Position numbers and translations under genes: made by a program | From: Halalkalibacterium halodurans | Lineage (GTDB): Bacteria; Bacillota; Bacilli; Bacillales; Bacillaceae_D | NCBI RefSeq assembly: GCF_004376175.1 | Contig: NZ_SNUY01000007.1 | Span: 31,213 to 63,212, forward strand | DNA: 32,000 bases | Reading direction: 5' to 3' | Part shown: positions 30,859 through 32,000 of the stretch, piece after piece | Layout: each line of letters opens with the position of its first letter | Position numbering within the stretch: position 1 is the first letter of the stretch | Notes under the pieces: model-generated | Told to the model about the DNA's origin: nothing | What the model saw: only the letters and a program-made list of their open reading frames with translations | Database searches by the model: none

Positions 30859-31143
30859 ATGACCAAGCGTCCGAGAAGAAGCTATACAAAAGAATTTAAG
30901 GATCAAATCGTTCAACTTCATGTTTCTGGCAAGCCCCGTGCAGAAATTATCAAAGAATACGAGCTGACGCCTTCTGCCTTTGATAAGTGGGTTCGGCAGC
31001 ACCAGAACAGTGGATCCTTTGAAGAAAAAGACAACCGTACACCCGAACAGGAAGAGTTGATTCGGCTGCGGAAAGAGAATCAAAAGCTTGCCATGGAGAA
31101 TGATATTTTAAAGCAAGCCGCGCTGATCATGGGACGAAAGTAG
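30859..31143 (+). CDS. IS3-family transposase OrfA (HTH plus leucine-zipper part)
   Basis: The sequence is MTKRPRRSYTKEFKDQIVQLHVSGKPRAEIIKEYELTPSAFDKWVRQHQ...LRKENQKLAMENDILKQAALIMGRK. GAGGAG lies 8 nt upstream. Confidence 0.9.
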   Translation: MTKRPRRSYTKEFKDQIVQLHVSGKPRAEIIKEYELTPSAFDKWVRQHQNSGSFEEKDNRTPEQEELIRLRKENQKLAMENDILKQAALIMGRK

Positions 31144-31145
31144 AT

Positions 31146-31970
31146 GTGATTCGGAACAACCGCCACAAATACTCGGTATCAGCAATGTGCGATGTCCTGC
31201 AAATGGCCCGAAGTACGTACTATTATGAAGCAAAAATTCGAGACGACCAGGATGAAGAGTTGTCGGAACTGATCGTTGATATTTTTAAGAACAGCCGTGA
31301 TAACTACGGCCAAAGAAAGATTAAAATTGAGCTAAGAAAGAAAGGCTGGACTGTATCAAGACGCCGTATTGGGCGGATTATGAAGGAGCAGGGCCTGGTT
31401 TCCAAATATACAGTAGCTCAGTTTAAACCAGCAAAAACAAGCTGTAATGAATCAGAAATTGGGAATACACTAAACCGGGAGTTTAATCAGGAGCAAGAAC
31501 TGAAAGTCGTTGTCAGTGATCTAACCTACGTACGTGTTCAACAGAAATGGCATTATATTTGTGTATTAGTAGATTTATATAATCGTGAAATTATTGGCTA
31601 CAGCGCAGGTCCTCATAAAAGTGCTGAGTTAGTTCAACGTGCCTTTGCATCGGTTAAATACAATCTTCAGCGCCTCGAATTATTCCACACGGACAGAGGA
31701 AGTGAGTTTAAGAACAAACTTATCGATCAGGCATTAGAAACCTTTGGCATTGAGCGTTCATTGAGTGAGAAAGGAACGCCCTATGATAACGCCGTCGCAG
31801 AAGCCACATTTAAGACGATCAAAACAGAGTTCGTTCGTGGTGCGGTTTTTTCTAGCCAACAGGAACTTGACCTTGAACTTTTTGACTACGTTCACTGGTT
31901 CAATACTATTCGAATTCATGGATCATTAGATTACTTAACACCGACTGAATACAAGTTAATGAACCTTTAA
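31146..31970 (+). CDS. IS3-family transposase OrfB (rve/DDE catalytic domain), expressed as an OrfAB fusion by -1 frameshifting
   Basis: The DDE triad contexts are VVSDLTYV, FHTDRGSEF and YDNAVAEATFKTIKTE. This frame is open from 31104 and overlaps the orfA end. The slippery heptamer T TTA AAG lies at 31107-31113 in the orfA frame. Confidence 0.9.
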   Translation: MIRNNRHKYSVSAMCDVLQMARSTYYYEAKIRDDQDEELSELIVDIFKNSRDNYGQRKIKIELRKKGWTVSRRRIGRIMKEQGLVSKYTVAQFKPAKTSCNESEIGNTLNREFNQEQELKVVVSDLTYVRVQQKWHYICVLVDLYNREIIGYSAGPHKSAELVQRAFASVKYNLQRLELFHTDRGSEFKNKLIDQALETFGIERSLSEKGTPYDNAVAEATFKTIKTEFVRGAVFSSQQELDLELFDYVHWFNTIRIHGSLDYLTPTEYKLMNL

Positions 31971-32000
31971 ATAATTGTCCGATTTAGTGTTGACATTCCA

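Larger units (their letters stand above)
30780..32000 (+). mobile_element. IS3-family insertion sequence (IS150-like group), reaching the window edge
   Basis: It has the orfA/orfB arrangement with orfB in the -1 frame. The imperfect terminal inverted repeats are TGAATAGGTTACACTTAGTTGGACAGTT (left, from 30780) and AATTGTCCGATTTAGTGTTGACATTCCA (right, ending at 32000). The core ACACT.A.T.GGACA.TT is shared, and the TG...CA termini are typical of IS3. Target duplications cannot be checked because the window ends here. Confidence 0.8.

Noticed and set aside
1-32000. tRNA, rRNA, riboswitch or other structured RNA genes.
   Set aside because: I saw no cloverleaf-like segments, rRNA-like conserved blocks or recognisable riboswitch cores in the intergenic regions. 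The only long non-coding stretch (3651-4537) is treated as a regulatory leader.

Overview
This is a Bacillaceae-type chromosomal window, judged from GGAGG Shine-Dalgarno sites, a lipoprotein lipobox and LplABC/YesL-type transporter genes. It has four blocks.

(1) Bases 1-3650 hold a MacAB/YknXYZ-like efflux operon (adaptor, ABC ATPase, FtsX-type permease) and a convergent MerR regulator with two HTH domains.

(2) Bases ~3650-26460 hold a very large fructan locus.
- The plus strand follows an ~880-bp AT-rich non-coding leader. It carries two tandem secreted GH68 levansucrase paralogs and a membrane-anchored LamG-GH32 enzyme.
- The minus strand starts with a LacI-family regulator. It continues with PfkB fructokinase, a cytoplasmic canonical GH32 beta-fructofuranosidase and two CUT1 ABC permeases. 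Next come a DUF624/YesL membrane protein, a lipoprotein solute-binding protein and a cytoplasmic LamG-GH32. It ends with a 2047-aa secreted protein carrying two GH32 catalytic modules.
- A 20-bp palindromic operator occurs three times, and two cre-like boxes are present.
- Three LamG-GH32 units carry WMNEP/WQNEP (Glu) where GH32 normally has the WMNDPNG Asp nucleophile.

(3) Bases 26500-29520 hold small housekeeping or accessory genes:
- a membrane protein;
- a NUDIX hydrolase whose well-placed SD+ATG is cut off by an in-frame TGA at codon 3;
- a small membrane ORF missed by the ORF track;
- a frameshifted nucleotidyltransferase;
- a DUF2332 protein.

(4) Bases 29700-32000 are a mobile-looking edge. 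A ribbon-helix-helix gene and a 108-aa gene are bracketed by two identical 37-bp terminator repeats. A 24-aa hydrophobic mini-ORF follows. An IS3-family element with a UUUAAAG -1 frameshift site runs to the window end.

No rRNA, tRNA or CRISPR array was seen. All family assignments come from motif reading by eye; no searches were run.
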